This document shows positions 12,601 to 27,600 of a stretch of DNA of 63,167 nucleotides, piece after piece. The translations under genes were made by a program, and so were the position numbers. The notes beneath the pieces are model-generated. The model was not told the DNA's origin, ran no database searches, and was given only the letters and a program-made list of their open reading frames with translations. The number at the start of each line of letters is the position of its first letter. The stretch's first letter is position 1. The DNA is from Nemertoderma westbladi (lineage: Eukaryota > Animalia > Xenacoelomorpha), in assembly GCA_032718475.1 (NCBI GenBank), contig JAUCBJ010004792.1:1-63167 (forward strand), given 5' to 3'.

Positions 12601-15600
12601 TGTTGATCTGTGTTTGTCAATGCTTGGTGCTTATATGGTGGTGTTGATCTGTGTTTGTCAATGCGTGGTGCTTATATGGTGGTGTTGATCTGTGTTGGTC
12701 AATGCGCGAATGCTGATATGGGGATGTTGATCTGTGTTTGTCAATGCGTGGTGCTTATATGGTGGTGTTGATCTGTGTTTGTCAATGCGCGAATGCTGAT
12801 ATGGTGGTGTTGATCTGTGTTTGTCAATGCGTGGTGCTTATATGGTGGTGTTGATCTGTGTTTGTCAATGCGTGGTGCTTATATGGTGGTGTTGATCTGT
12901 GTTTATCAACACGTGGTGCTTATATGGTGGTGTTGATCTATGTTTGTCAATGCGTGTGTGCTTATATGGGGGTGTTGATCTGTGTTTGGTCAATGCGTGT
13001 GTGCTTATATGGTGGTGTTGATCTGTGTTTGTCAATGCGTGGTGCTTATATGGTGATGTTGATCAGTGTTTGTCAATGCGTGTGTGATTATGTTGTGGTG
13101 TTGATCTATGTTTGTCAATGCGTGTGTGCTTATAGGGGGGTGTTGATCTGTGTTTGGTCAATGCGTGTGTGCTTATATGGTGGTGTTGATCTGTGTTTGT
13201 CAATGCGTGTGTGATTATATTGTGGTATTGATCAGTGTTTGTCAATGCGTGGTGCTTATATTGTGGTGTTGATCTGTATTTGTCAATGCGTGGTGCTTAT
13301 ATGATGATGTTGATCAGTGTTTGTCAATGCGTGTGTGATTATATTGTGGTATTGATCAGTGTTTGTCAATGCATGGTGCTTATATGGTGGTGTTGATCTG
13401 TGTTGGTCAATGCACGAATGCTGATATGGGGGTGTTGATCTGTGTTTGTCAATGCGTGGTGCTTATATGGTGATGTTGATCGGTGTTTGTCAATGCGTGT
13501 GTAATTATGTTGTGGTATTGATCAGTGTTTGTCAATGCGTGGTGCTTATATGGTGGTGTTGATCTGTGTTTGTCAAGGTGTGGTGCTTATATGGTGGTGT
13601 TGATCTGTGTTTGTCAAAGCATGTGTGCTTATATGGTGGTTTTGATCTGTGTTTGTTAATGCGTGTGTGCTTGCTTATATGGTGGTGTTGATCTGTGTTT
13701 GTCAACGCATGGTGTTTATATGGTGGTGTTGATGATCTGTGTTTGTCAATGCGTGTGTAATTATGTTGTGGTATTGATCAGTGTTTGTCAATGCGTGGTG
13801 CTTATATGGTGATGTTGATCTGTGTTTGTCAAGGTGTGGTGCTTATATGGTGGTGTTGATCTGTGTTTGTCAACGCGTGGTGCTTATATGGTGGTGTTAA
13901 TCTGTGTTTGTCAATGCGCGAATGCTGATATGGTGATGTTGATCTGTGTTTGTCAATGCGTGTGTGCTTATATGGGGGTGTTGATCTGTGTTTGGTCAAT
14001 GCGTGTGTGCTTATATGGTGGTGTTGATCTGTGTTTGTCAATGCGTGGTGCTTATATGGTGATGTTGATCAGTGTTTGTCAATGCGTGTGTGATTATGTT
14101 GTGGTGTTGATCTATGTTTGTCAATGCGTGTGTGCTTATATGGGGGTGTTGATCTGTGTTTGGTCAATGCGTGTGTGCTTATATGGTGGTGTTGATCTGT
14201 GTTTGTCAATGCGTGTGTGATTATATTGTGGTATTGATCAGTGTTTGTCAATGCGTGGTGCTTATATTGTGGTGTTGATCTGTATTTGTCAATGCGTGGT
14301 GCTTATATGATGATGTTGATCAGTGTTTGTCAATGCGTGTGTGATTATATTGTGGTATTGATCAGTGTTTGTCAATGCATGGTGCTTATATGGTGGTGTT
14401 GATCTGTGTTGGTCAATGCGCGAATGCTGATATGGGGGTGTTGATCTGTGTTTGTCAATGCGTGGTGCTTATATGGTGATGTTGATCGGTGTTTGTCAAT
14501 GCGTGTGTAATTATGTTGTGGTATTGATCAGTGTTTGTCAATGCGTGGTGCTTATATGGTGGTGTTGATCTGTGTTTGTCAAGGTGTGGTGCTTATATGG
14601 TGGTGTTGATCTGTGTTTGTCAAAGCATGTGTGCTTATATGGTGGTTTTGATCTGTGTTTGTCAATGCGTGTGTGCTTATATGGTGGTGTTGATCTGTGT
14701 TTGTCAACGCGTGGTGTTTATATGGTGGTGTTGATGATCTGTGTTTGTCAATGCTATTGCTCGTGGAATTTGTACTGATTACCGAGCTGTTAATCTGTGG
14801 GATGTGTCTGGTGAAGACATTGAGCTACGCCCTGTTCTAGTCAGCAAGTGCTAGCTGGCATTGTTGTTGAACTAAACTCATTCTAATCCAATAAGTTAAT
14901 TAATGGATTAATTTGTGCGTCGTGTGCATTATATATCTGGAGTACAAAATAATATTTATGTAACTGATTACGATCAAAAATGAAGCTGTAACCTGTACTA
15001 TTTACTTCTGCTTATTATTTTTGTTATACTTCCATGCCACTGTAATGGAAATCTGCTTCTTTCTATTAAATCTTGATCTAACGGTTGAAAGTTGGTCACT
15101 TGTGACGATTGCTTGTATGGGATGTTTCTCTTGAATTTGCTAAATAAAAAACAACCATTCATTACGTCCCTTTTCAGACAGACTTCTACGGTTCACACAT
15201 ATAAAACTAGAACCCTTACCACGGGAAACTACTTCTGTCCCCGAGCAAATTTAGTATCGACACAAAAGTCACTAAAATTTGGAACTCTATCAAATTGACT
15301 TCAAACTAAGTAATTCCAAAAAATCTCTTGCAAAAAATTATAAAAACAAACTGTTACTACTGCTACAATAATATGATCAAGATAAGGTAAGTATTACTTA
15401 CAAACAAAATAATAACAAATAAACAAATAATAATTTTTTTTAACAAAATATCTTCACCTTCATCTTCAATATTTCTTTTATATGCAAGAAACACTTAATC
15501 TACCCATACCCCTCATTCGTCCTGTTTCATTAGGTATAAAACAATTAAATTTATATGCGACTCCCAAGACCCGAACACTGAAATAACAGCAAAACAGTTC

Positions 15601-18600
15601 AGCCATTAGTGAGCCATTAGTGAGCCATTAGTTAGCCATTAGTGAGCCATTAGTGAGCCATTAGTGAGCAGTTGAATATTCGCAGTAAACCTAAACTCTA
15701 CAATTACATTGTCACGTAAAAAATGGCAAATTAAGGCAAAACTAGCTATGCTATTGCCGCCACTTTGCATATAAAAATAAATCACAACCATACAATATTT
15801 ATATTAAAACTAAAATAATTTCAACCCCAATTTGCTAAATAAACGTTTCACGTGATATACTGTATATATATATATTTAAGTTATGTAAATATATGATAAG
15901 AAATAAATGAGCTCTTTGAGATCCATTGATGGATTGGCTCTTTCGCATTGAATAGACACAGGCGCAAATATCCACGGGTGAGGTGAAGATTTCACCCAAT
16001 AATAATTTAAATATGTTTGTCATGGCATTATTCTGTTGTATTTCAGCTTGTCCCTCTAACTATTACGATGCAGTTACCGGAACCCTGCTGTCTCCGAACT
16101 ATCCCAACTTCTACAGCGGCTATCTGCCTTGCGGGTACCACATCCACGGACCTCCTGGTAGTGATATTGTCTTGACCTGGAATGTTTTGGACGTGGAATC
16201 TAGTTTTGATTATATTTACGTAAGTATACCAACTGCAAACAGCACCACACTAGCCTCCAATTATACGCATTTCTATATCCTTTTTACCCATATTCACTAA
16301 AATATCTGATCGTATAATCAACTCACAACTAGTAGCTTACATAAACAAATACTAATCATACATACATAGATCACGCTTAAACAACTCGACTGCTATGGGA
16401 TAAATGGCATTCCTCACCCTTTATACAGTAACTGAACACACCCGTACACTCGCGATGCGACACTGGCTGGTTTACTTATTATATTACATATCGCTTCTTC
16501 TGAATTCTTTTTAATATAAAGTTTTTGTATTCTGTTTCCTATCGGTGGAGTTCAGAGTCGATTGGATGAAGTGGTAGCAAGAAAGATTAGCTTTTTTATA
16601 ATCATATCGTACCCTTGGTGGAAAGGTTTATCAATGTTTATCACCTTTATAATTTTAGTAAGAAATATCTTGCGTTGCGTGCTGCAGATACTCTTAATTC
16701 AATTGCAAGTAGAAGTAGACCTAACTCGGCTGAGCACATATCGTTGGGGTTCTATAATGCAGACTCCTAAGAGGCATTTTATTAGTTTGATGTAGACCTT
16801 TTATAATTTTTATTAGACCACACTATGCAGGCCATCTTTAAACCACGATTCGCAGAGTAGAGTTAGTACTAGCATCCAGTCACACAAGCATATACACTAA
16901 TAAATTAGATCGACATTAACAGCACAAAAACACTTTCTGTAACTCGGTATGTGTCATCATAACCATAAGCTAAATCTCTATTACAAACTTTTCCATACTG
17001 GTTTTCATGGCAATCGGTGTTGAATAAAGGTAAATGCCTCTTAACTAGTCTAAGCAACGAACTAAAGTGTCAACGTTTGTTTAATTTTTCCTTAGCTTCG
17101 TGGTTATATTTCCTTTAGTAAATTCAATCTAGGCTTAGATGGTCTATTCATAGTATGTCTTTAAATTTTGTGGAGTAGATATCTGGATTTGATTCCAACA
17201 AAATTACTGTAAATACCTAAGACAACCTTAATATTTTTTCAACATTTACAAGTGTATTTATCAGTGTTCTTTCGTGATCTTTTTGGCCCCAGATGGCCAT
17301 TTTCGACGATTGGTTACCCATGCGTTTTGGGTCGCCGAGCAACGACTGTAAATACAAAAGAAACGGCACAACTCGTAATGTATTCCCAAACATAATATAC
17401 TTTTCCAAGATTTTTAACCCGTTTCAGTGTTTTTTCCTAATGTTTTTGGCCAAATGTAGTTATTTTGACGATCATTACTCATATCGCACAGCTTTATTAT
17501 AGATATGGAATAAAATAAATAATAAAAATCCAGTAGATAAAATTTCTAAGTATATTATTGATGCGAATTCATTTAATTCTGATAATTAATTTCCTTTTCA
17601 TAACATTAATTCGTGTAATTATAACCATTCTGGTGCTTATTATAGCAACCGTAAGACAATACTATGTACAAACTGGGGATTCCCTCACGCATCTTACTAC
17701 AGCCAATAGGAAGCCGCTTCCATTAAAGAATTCAGTAAAATGGGATCATCCTCTCGATTTAGCTAAAAATAGACGGCCAATCACAGCCCACTTCGGGCCC
17801 TGGAGAAGGTATCCACAGGGGGTGCGCGCAGTACTACATGACTAAAATAACCTGATGTGGGTGCCGTGAAGTGACTCCATTTTCTTTCTTTTAAATGCAG
17901 TATTTTATATACTCGCGCACATAAGCGCAAACCAGACTGCCAGCTAGTTGATAAAATTGTAACAATTATACGATTATGCCGATTATTATAAAATACTTAT
18001 AAGCACTCGTTATAAAATAAATATAATAAAAGTATGACTGTTCGAGTCGATTTTTACACAAAATAGTGGGATTGTTCCATAAATTGGTATTTAGTTGAGG
18101 CTTGCCATACTAAATAAAGTGTCAAAATTTCAATGTGATATTGTGACCCTAACCACTTACCCCAGGTGTTAGGGAAAAATACAATTTTCTACTGCACGGT
18201 AAATTATATTCAACCGGTAGGCTACAGTGAAAACTGAACACAATTGAAATTTAATGAGTTCAAACCAAACCTGTATGTTAAACTAAACAACATAATCTTT
18301 CTTTGATTCAAACATAGGGCGCTGCTTCCTTGCATCTAAGATAGAATGAATCATAGAGTCCCTTTTCTCCTTTCCGACAGTTTTGAGGCTGACCTCAGCT
18401 ACTACACGAATCATTCTTTCAACGGCTTGAGTCTGTGGTGTGTACGTCGACTTTACTGGGACTGACTTTATAGCATCCCAAAGTTGATCCTCACTCTTAG
18501 ATGCTAATAATGGTGGTTCAGTAACGTCAATGTGCATCCAGTCGATCATATGAATATAATCTGTAGCATTAAGGTTAAGTTGATTAGCAGGGCGATGGAA

Positions 18601-21600
18601 TTTTCGTATTTCTGTAGATGAAACCTTTCGTGCCTTCAGAATTCGCCTAACAGCTAGCTCGCGAATTGCAGGTCTATTGTCATGAAACATGGCATATAGC
18701 AAGTTTTCGGGGTGAGCTGCATAGCAATTTTGCTTTATCGATTTGTCGATGACAGACTGCACTTCTGCTGGTTCAAGTTCACGACTGAGTTTTATCATAA
18801 GGAAAAGTACTGGTGGAGCATCACTGATATCTGTAGCCATCTTAGTGGCAAACCATACAGGCCCATATACTGTTACAATGAATCGAGTCAATGTCTTAAC
18901 AGCTTCTGTTGGATGTGTTTGACTAACATAGTAGCGGCACATTCGATTTGCTCCTGTGAGCCATCGTGAATGACTACATTTCCCAGGATCTCGGTGTAAG
19001 AGTGTTTCAGGGCACTCCCCAGAACTGATCGCATGACAGATTTCCAAAAGATACATCTGGTCTGTGCTTAGGTCCTTTGAATTATCCAATGTTGGCAAAT
19101 GGGGAGTTTCAATTTTATCAAACAATGCGATCTCCAAGGTTGTAAGGTTTGACCCAAGAATATCACCAATTTCACCACTGAATGTTTCTGGACCAGATGT
19201 CTTTCCATATAATTCAAATAGATGCCGCAACGGTAACTCGTTAATGTGCAGCATACATATATTCCACTGAACTTCATGCTGGATATGATCTTCAATTCTA
19301 GCAATTACTCCATTACGATTCCCAGTGTTCACTGCTGTCCCGTCACAACCTATTACTCGAATTCCATCCATGTTGATATTCTCGTCAATTATAGATTTTA
19401 AAATGTCAATTGAACGACCACTTGGTGTTGTGACATGAGAAATGTAGATGTCACCAGGTTGTGTCATCAATACGAAATGGTCTTCTTTTATTTTTCTCCT
19501 GTGGTGGTAGTCATCGAAGACATATGATTCATCCTTTCTCCTTTCGAAATAGAGCGATATCAAATTATTTATGTCATGATGGGTTGGTTTCAATCCAGTA
19601 CGCCTCTTGACCCGGCTAAGTCTCACTTTCAGTGGGTCAATAACGATGTCTCTGGAGAAGTCTTCTCCTAATACATCCTGCAAAGTAGCAGTGGCAATAG
19701 AATAGCAGCAACTGTTTCGTCAGAAACCATCTTTCGATCGGCTTCCCTCGCAACACAAGGGATTAGGATGGTATTGTAGGCACTGCTTGTTGAGACACTC
19801 TCCCTGAAATTCGGATCACTATCGGATGAATCAGATGAAGAGTCAGTTTCACTTGAGCTAGGTAATTCGCAGACAGCTTTTTGAGCTAGTTTCTGGAACT
19901 CTTGTTTATCTAATTTTTCTATGAACATTTTTCTATCGCTTCCTTGATCATCCACGAAATCTTTCTCTAGAGGGTTTAAATTCTTGTAATCGACAACATC
20001 AAAGAGCTTGCCCCAATTAATTTTCGCGGATTCCAGTTTTGTAGGAAAGCACTTTTTGGCTTTATCACAGTTCAATCGCTGTGCTTTGCGCCACTCCTCG
20101 ATGATCTTTTGATGACAACGCTCAGTTGAAAGCACTGCAACTGTGGCAAAATCGTATATTGCAATAACTTCACTTGCTACAATTTTTTGCATTTCTCGAT
20201 TCGACAGTTCTTCATGGCTACCATTTGGCTCCGCCCCATGTTGCATTTTTACTAATTCGCAGTAACGTAGAATATCGCCATTTGTAGGTAGTTGGTGGCC
20301 AGGCAGTTTCGCAGCAAAGCCGAAGAGGCGTCCAGTCTGATTTCGTGTTGCCATATTATAACATTAACAGCATAGGCCTAATGATGAATAAGGTTAAAAT
20401 CCAATAAAATGTCAATCAACCATATAATTATATCACCATTGCAATTAAAATACGGTAGGCCTACGCTACGGAGCAGGGTAGGCCTATATAGCTAAAACGA
20501 ACTTACTAAGATTCGAAAAAGGTGCCAACTGCTGCACTGTGGGTAGCAGTTTGCAGTTGCAATGCATATTCAGATATTGCTGTACTACAGTAGGGTCAGG
20601 CAGTGTCATATTCTGCATTGTACATACAGCAGTACCGTACCCCAACACCGGTATGGCTAGAGATATGCTGGTATTATTATAGGAAAAAATGGGCATTGGG
20701 GTAATGGGAAGCTGTGCTCAAATCAATGTCAAACTTTGAGGAAATGTTTAGAAGGCAAAGTCGCACCAATGTTCAAATTTATATGATAAATGGAGAAATC
20801 AACCACCCCTACCGGGAGTGTTCATCCAAGGTGCATTGATATAATTATTTGTATAATTTATTTCATCAATGGATCTTAAAAATTGTATTAATCGTATTTT
20901 TACTAGGTTTACGATGGAGCTGATAATACTGCGCCACTTATTTGGAGTATAACTGGTAGTTCGATTCCATCTCCTATGACGTCATCTTCCAATGATTTCT
21001 ACCTGTACTTCGATCCGACTGTCGTTGACAACGCAGTTGTATTGAATGGATTCGATATCAGCTATGAAATTCAAAACATTCCACGTACGTTGTTACTAGA
21101 AAATTACTATGGATCTGGTAACTATGATTAGTTATATTTCAATGAGTTACTCTGCTACTTATATATTGTTTGCTTTATTACAACCCGAGTTTTGTACAGA
21201 AGTCGATTGTTTAGTATTGTTTCAGTTTCAATTTTATCATAGTTATGAAATATTACATATATGCATTAAATCCGGACCTTCCGTAATTATAGTGTTAAAA
21301 GAAGAACAATAGTGTTCTTCATGAAATATAGTACGTGCCTAGTCCAACTTGGTAGTCAGAACATATTTTTTTTATATATAGTTTATATTTATTATTTAGT
21401 TTCCTGTGCATAAAAATGCCATAAAGTTTTCTAAATAAGATAAAATGTTAAATGTTATATAAACATAAAATGTTTAGGGCTGCCTTTAGTATTAATGTGT
21501 AGCAACCATCAATTCGTTGTTCAAGTGATTTAGTCAGTGTCCAGGTCTCACCCCCGAATAAAAGTACACTAAATTTATTCTTCAGGTGCCTGGAGAGACC

Positions 21601-24600
21601 TGATTTCCAGATGGAATCCATATTTGATAGAGCTACCCATGTCTTTGCTTTCCTAACTTCTATGTCCTTTTTGCTACTCTCTATCCATGACCCAAGGTAC
21701 TGGAAGTCGTCGACCTTCCTTTGTTGATTATTATCAATGGTTGTCAAGTTTCTATCAACATTAAAAGTCATGAATTCGGTCTTGGTAGCATTTATATGCA
21801 ATCCAACCTCCTTAGCAGCCCTCTCCACTTTATTTAGTAGAAGCTGTGCATCTGCTAGCATATTAGAGACAGGGTGATGTCATCCACAAAGTTGGTGTCT
21901 GTGACTGTAGTTGCCGGATATCTACTACTTCTGCGTTCTTGTACCTTTTGTTGACGTCCTCATTGCGTAATCCAGTACAATTACAAATAGTAATGGTGCT
22001 AATGTGTCACCTTGCAGTACCCCAGCCAGGTTTGAGAAAAACTCAGTTTCACCATCTGGTGAGAGTACCTGCGCTTCTGTGTCACAATATAACAATCCAA
22101 TGCCAGCAACGATAACTTCTGGTATTCCATAAGCTCTTAGGATTTCAAGCATTATACCTGGATGGAGTCGAATGCCTTCTTGAAGACCACAAATGTAAGA
22201 ACTGTAGGAAGGTTCTATGACGTAATACCTTCAACCAGCCTCATTATCGGTAGTACCTAAGCAATTGTTGATCTACTTGGTCGAAATCCGTTTTGGCTCT
22301 TACGCAGTAGTTTCTCTGTGTGAGGCCTAATCATATATGGAATCATTTTGTTGTATATTTTGGCACCTACCACAAGCAGACAGATCGCACGATAGTTTTT
22401 TGGTATACCGAGGTCTCATTTCCTGGGGAGAGGCTTTAGTTGACTTTTAGTCCAAATTGGTGGAGGCTTTTCCCCTTTCAGTATCCGGTTGCAAACATTC
22501 AATAATGGTCTGTTTAGCACTCCTGTTTTCCATCCCTCCGCTGGGAATCTAATCCACTCGCTTTATGATTTAAATGATTTTATATGCTTCTTTGAATTCG
22601 GCATGTGTGAAGTCACCTGTTTCTATTGGTAGCGAACGTCTTGTCATATATGTTCCTTGTAGGGCCGACCTCGATGTTTGGTGGCTGCCCAAGCAAGTTG
22701 CTGAAGTGATATTTCCATTTCCCAACACGTTCTTCAGGACTATCAGCTTTGAGGCGCCCCTTACTAAGCACAACTTTTCTTGATTGTTGCTTTATGTGAG
22801 AAGTTGTAAAAAAAAATACCTGAGTGTTTAAAGCTCATCTATCCCATCATATATAATAGACATGTACCGAACAACAAGAGTCCCACAAGAAATGAAAACA
22901 AATAAGTTGGTGCCAGTTCCCAAGAAGGGCGGCAACCTAACACTCTATGGTTCTTTTCGGGAATCTCATTGATCTCGATTGCTACAAGGCTATACAATAG
23001 AATTCTATTAAATCGCATCAGGGATCCCATTGAGAGACGGCTCCGTGGAAATCAGAATGGGTTCCGTAAAGGTCGTGTGACCATGGAGCCCATTTTGGCA
23101 CTTAGAAGGATAATTGAAGAGTTATCAAAAAAGAAAGACAGGCATCTTCTTCAAGGCCTTTGATTCAGTCTTTCGCTCACGTATGTTCAGCATACTTTCA
23201 TTATATGGGATTCCTGATGAAATTATTGCAGTATTCAGATCAGTATACGATGGTTCGACAACATTTGTGTCTACTGTTGACGGTGACACAGCCAGGGAGA
23301 CACACTTGCACCATTCTTGTTCATAATTGTGGTTGACTATGTTCTACGCATGTCCTTAGATCATCATAATGATGATGGGGTGATGATAACTTCACCTACT
23401 GGCTCCAGAAGTCGAGGAAATCCTGCCAAGTACCTAACTGATCTAGACTTTGCTGATGACTTAGGAGTACTATCAGTATAACTAGAGGGAGCCCAACGGC
23501 TCCTCAGCTCATTAGAACATGCTGCTTCTAGTGTTGGTCTTTTTATTAACTCCAGAAAGACCAAAATTTTGACAGTTAACTTTGAAAGTCCTCAGCAAGT
23601 CTCTGATCGGATGAGCATAAGCTCAAAAGATGGTATGCTTGAGCATGTGGATGCCTTCTGTTACCTGGGATCATTCGATCCGGATCGAATACGTAAGGGA
23701 AAGGCATGGGCAGCCTTGAATAGGCTTTCCAGGATTTGGAAGTCACCGAGAATTAATCGGAAACTTAAGGTCCGATTATTTAGAGCAGCAGTAGTTCCAG
23801 TACTCCTCTATGGGAGTCCATGCTGGGCTCTAACTGCTGAGGACACCAAATCTCTGGATGGCACTTTCACAAGAATGCTACGCCGGGTTCATTGTGTCAA
23901 GTACAATGCACACATCTCCAACCAGTCACTATATAACATTGGAGGTGCCTCTCATTTGTTCCCCCAAGCTTGACACTAGAACAAAGTCGCCTCCGCTTTG
24001 CAGGACATTGCTTTCGCCGTGAGGACCAGCCAGTGCATAATCTTGAACTTTGGCAGCCTCTTGGAGTGAATAAGCATGGTGGACAGCCCATGACTTTCTT
24101 GAGACGCATCTTAAAGGACACTGGCCTTGAAGATGCGGATGATCTAGCAAATGTCATGGGTGATAGGGAGTTGTGGCGGCGCAATTTTGTCGACAAGCCG
24201 GCACACCATTCTTAAAAATGCAGCTGCGATGCAGCATGCCGATCCCAGTATTAGTAGAGCAGTTGTAATTTCTTAAATTTTGTCCTGTATGTACTTCTGC
24301 TGGCTGTTGTTGAAGACAACTTTATAACAATGTTTAACGTTTTGTTATCAGAAATCAATTTTCGGCTGATATATTTGATTTATTAATCTTCTACTTTTAT
24401 TAGTAAAATCGGTTAAGTTAATGAAAGACAGAATATAAATTTATATATATAATATATTAAAATATAAAAATATATAATATATATTATAATTTATATTAAA
24501 ATATATATAATAATAATTTTGATTTAGTTGCGCATTTGTTAACTAATTTTTTTACCTATAAACAATTTGAAAATGTATAGTTTGTGTAGTTTTCAATACA

Positions 24601-27600
24601 ATTTCCATACGTATCATACTGTAGATAATATACGCCTTGTACTTCCTATTCCAACTGCTGTATAATATTATTTATAATTATTATAGTGTAATATCTAAAT
24701 AACGCTATGTTGTTATAGATAGAAGTACCTAGAACATCTGAAAAACGGATTTCGACAAAAAAAATTAAACTTGGAAGTACCATCGCATCGTGTAATCTTC
24801 ATTGGATGAGCCCAGTTAATTGAATTAGTCCAGATTTGATACCCATTTTTACTACAATTCTGTATTCTGATATCTTCATTTACAGCACCTTGCGTAGAGA
24901 ACCCTGATGCTTCTGCTTACTGCCCTGGATGGGCTGCCATAGGTGAATGTGCCAACAATCCCGGTTTCATGCAGGTCGAGTGCGAATTTAGTTGCGATAA
25001 ATGTCAAGATGGTGTTGGTAAGTACATTCATAACACGTTGGTGGGGCCTTCGCGCAGCACGAGAGCCTATATAAGAAAGTACCTTATACGAATCTCTATT
25101 AGATATACGAAAACTGCCTTTCCCAAAATATATATGAGTGAAGGAGATGCTATCAGTTTGCGATAAACTAGTTGTAAAAACAGATATCCATTTCAGATTG
25201 CCCTTATACACTTTAACTGTCATTTGTAAACCTACTAACTTGGACTATTTAAGTTAAGTGTGATATTTTTAGTTTTACAATAATCTTCTCCTTTATTAGC
25301 CCTCGCTAGCCTTCCTCCTGTTTTGTCTTAAAAAAATTTTCCTAAACGGAGACTAACGACCTTTATAACTATATAAAGTCTCGAAACTGTGATTGTAAAC
25401 TCGTTGCGTTCGTTTGTTTCTTTACCAAACTTCCGATTCTTTCTAACCTATTGCGGGACTACATACTTACCAAGTTTCGTTTACTTTCATCAAGGAATGA
25501 CCGAGTTATTAGCGATAAAATATTTACGACGACGACGACAACAGACGACGACGACAGATAACTCTTTAATGGCACCCATATGCTAAGGCTTTGCTCACTT
25601 CGTGGCTCGCCCCACAAGGATATTAGGCCTAGAATTTCTACATTAGCTAGGTTATTAGACTTTTTTACAATTATTATTAATGCTCACATATGTTCACATA
25701 TGTACGCGAATGATAGTCTATTAATACAAACAGAAACCTGTTCATTTGCCATTGTTTTTTATTACCTTACATTTCTCCTTTGTGATGCAAACATGGTAGT
25801 TTCTCAAATTTTATATTCCGCACAGGTACAGTTTTTTTCGTTTTAATTATGTTAATTTACACTTGAGAAAGGCATCTAGCTTTTGCTGCTGTAAAATCAC
25901 TTTTTCAGTCAGTACCTAACTTGATGGAAAAAATATTTTAGTTCCTTAATGATCAGTAATTTTTTGACTAATAAATGTAATACATATTATATTGACGTAT
26001 CGGTGTTCGTTATCATTATAGTACCATGTGTTGAAAACGCCGACGCTTACGCTGCCTGCAGTGGATGGGAGGCCGACGGAGAGTGCACTGCTAATGCTGG
26101 ATGGATGTATGTGCACTGCCAGAGCTCTTGTAACAAATGCAATCAAAATAGTAAGTAAAAAGAAATAGTTATAATAAAACTCCAAAGTGTTTCCTAGAAC
26201 GAATAAATTACTGCCGGTCTCCAAGATAATCACACTTTGTATCCTTTCGCGGAATCTCTATGATGTCAATTGCTGCAAAACTATACAACAGAATTCTATT
26301 AAATCGCTTCAGGGATACCATTCCTATACATTATGTTTGGTGTTTTTGTTATTGTTTTTACATAATGTATAAATAAATCTATCTATCTATCGCTCAAGAA
26401 TGCTCTGCATACTATCACTACATGGGGATCCCTGCGAAATCTATTGCAACAATCAGATCTCTACCAAGGTTCTACAACATTTGTGTCTGATATTGATGGT
26501 GACACAGGTCAATGTAAAGTTCTATGACCTTGGAGTCTTCTAGGGTACTAGACTCACACCATTCTTATTCGTAATTATGTTAGATGAATATTCTATGCAT
26601 GTCCTTAGACCTACATAATAATAATGGAGTGACGGTAACACCCGATACTGGCCTCAGAAGTTGAGGAAAACAAGCAAGTATCTTTACTGCTCCTCTTTAA
26701 ACGCTCCTCTACTCGTAGGAGCAAAGTGTTTCAAGTGTTGGTATTCTTGTAATCACCAAAAAAACCCAATATTTTACCAGCTAATTTCGACAGTCATCAG
26801 AAATATGTCTGATCATATAAACCTGAGCTCTAAGGATGGTATGCTTTATGTGGATGAAATCTGCTAAGAATTGAGATCTCGGATCTGGAATTGAAATCAA
26901 AAACTTAGAATGGTCTGTCCAGGATTTGGAAATCACATAGAATAGGTCCGATTATTTAGAGTAGCAGTAGAACCAATACTCCTTTATGGAGTTATGCTTA
27001 TGGGAGATCTTGCTGGGCTCTAACTGCGGAGGACACCAAATTTAAACCTAATTTGTTTATTACAAAAAGTGTATGGAAATTCAGTAATTTTTACTGTTCA
27101 ACGCTATTGATTATTGATATTCACATTATTTATTTAAATATACTCAGAATGGTGCGATATACACATAAGTTTATTTTAATATTTGTGTTTTAAAAACTTG
27201 TTTTTATAGCTTGCATTGAATTCCCCGATGACAACTTCCACTGTCCAGGGTGGGCCAGAGTTGGTGAATGTACTGTTAATCCATCATATATGTACACCCA
27301 CTGTCAGACATCCTGTAACAAGTGTGACGATGGAAGCCCACGTAAGTATCCATAATATCCGGTCAAAAGTATAATGATTTCATCCTTTACTTTTATTTTT
27401 AACTTATTATGGGGTGCGAAATATATTATTAAGAATCTATTATCCAATGACTAGAAGGAACACACTGACCCATCTCTAAACTTCTGGCTGCAGTTCTACC
27501 ATTCACTGTAGTAATGTAGTACATGCCATTATAGATTTACAACAACTGTCACCATTGACATCATCAGCTCCAAATGTGACAGCATCCAGACAGAACTATT

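Noticed and set aside
6730-14752. CRISPR-like regular repeats and many short Cys/Val-rich ORFs
   Set aside because: Units are contiguous with no unique spacers, there are no cas genes, and the context is eukaryotic. The ORFs are translations of the 41-bp satellite.
17690-17800. Paired CCAAT boxes as an internal promoter
   Set aside because: No associated exon or ORF was found. The site is intronic and probably part of an unclassified repeat.
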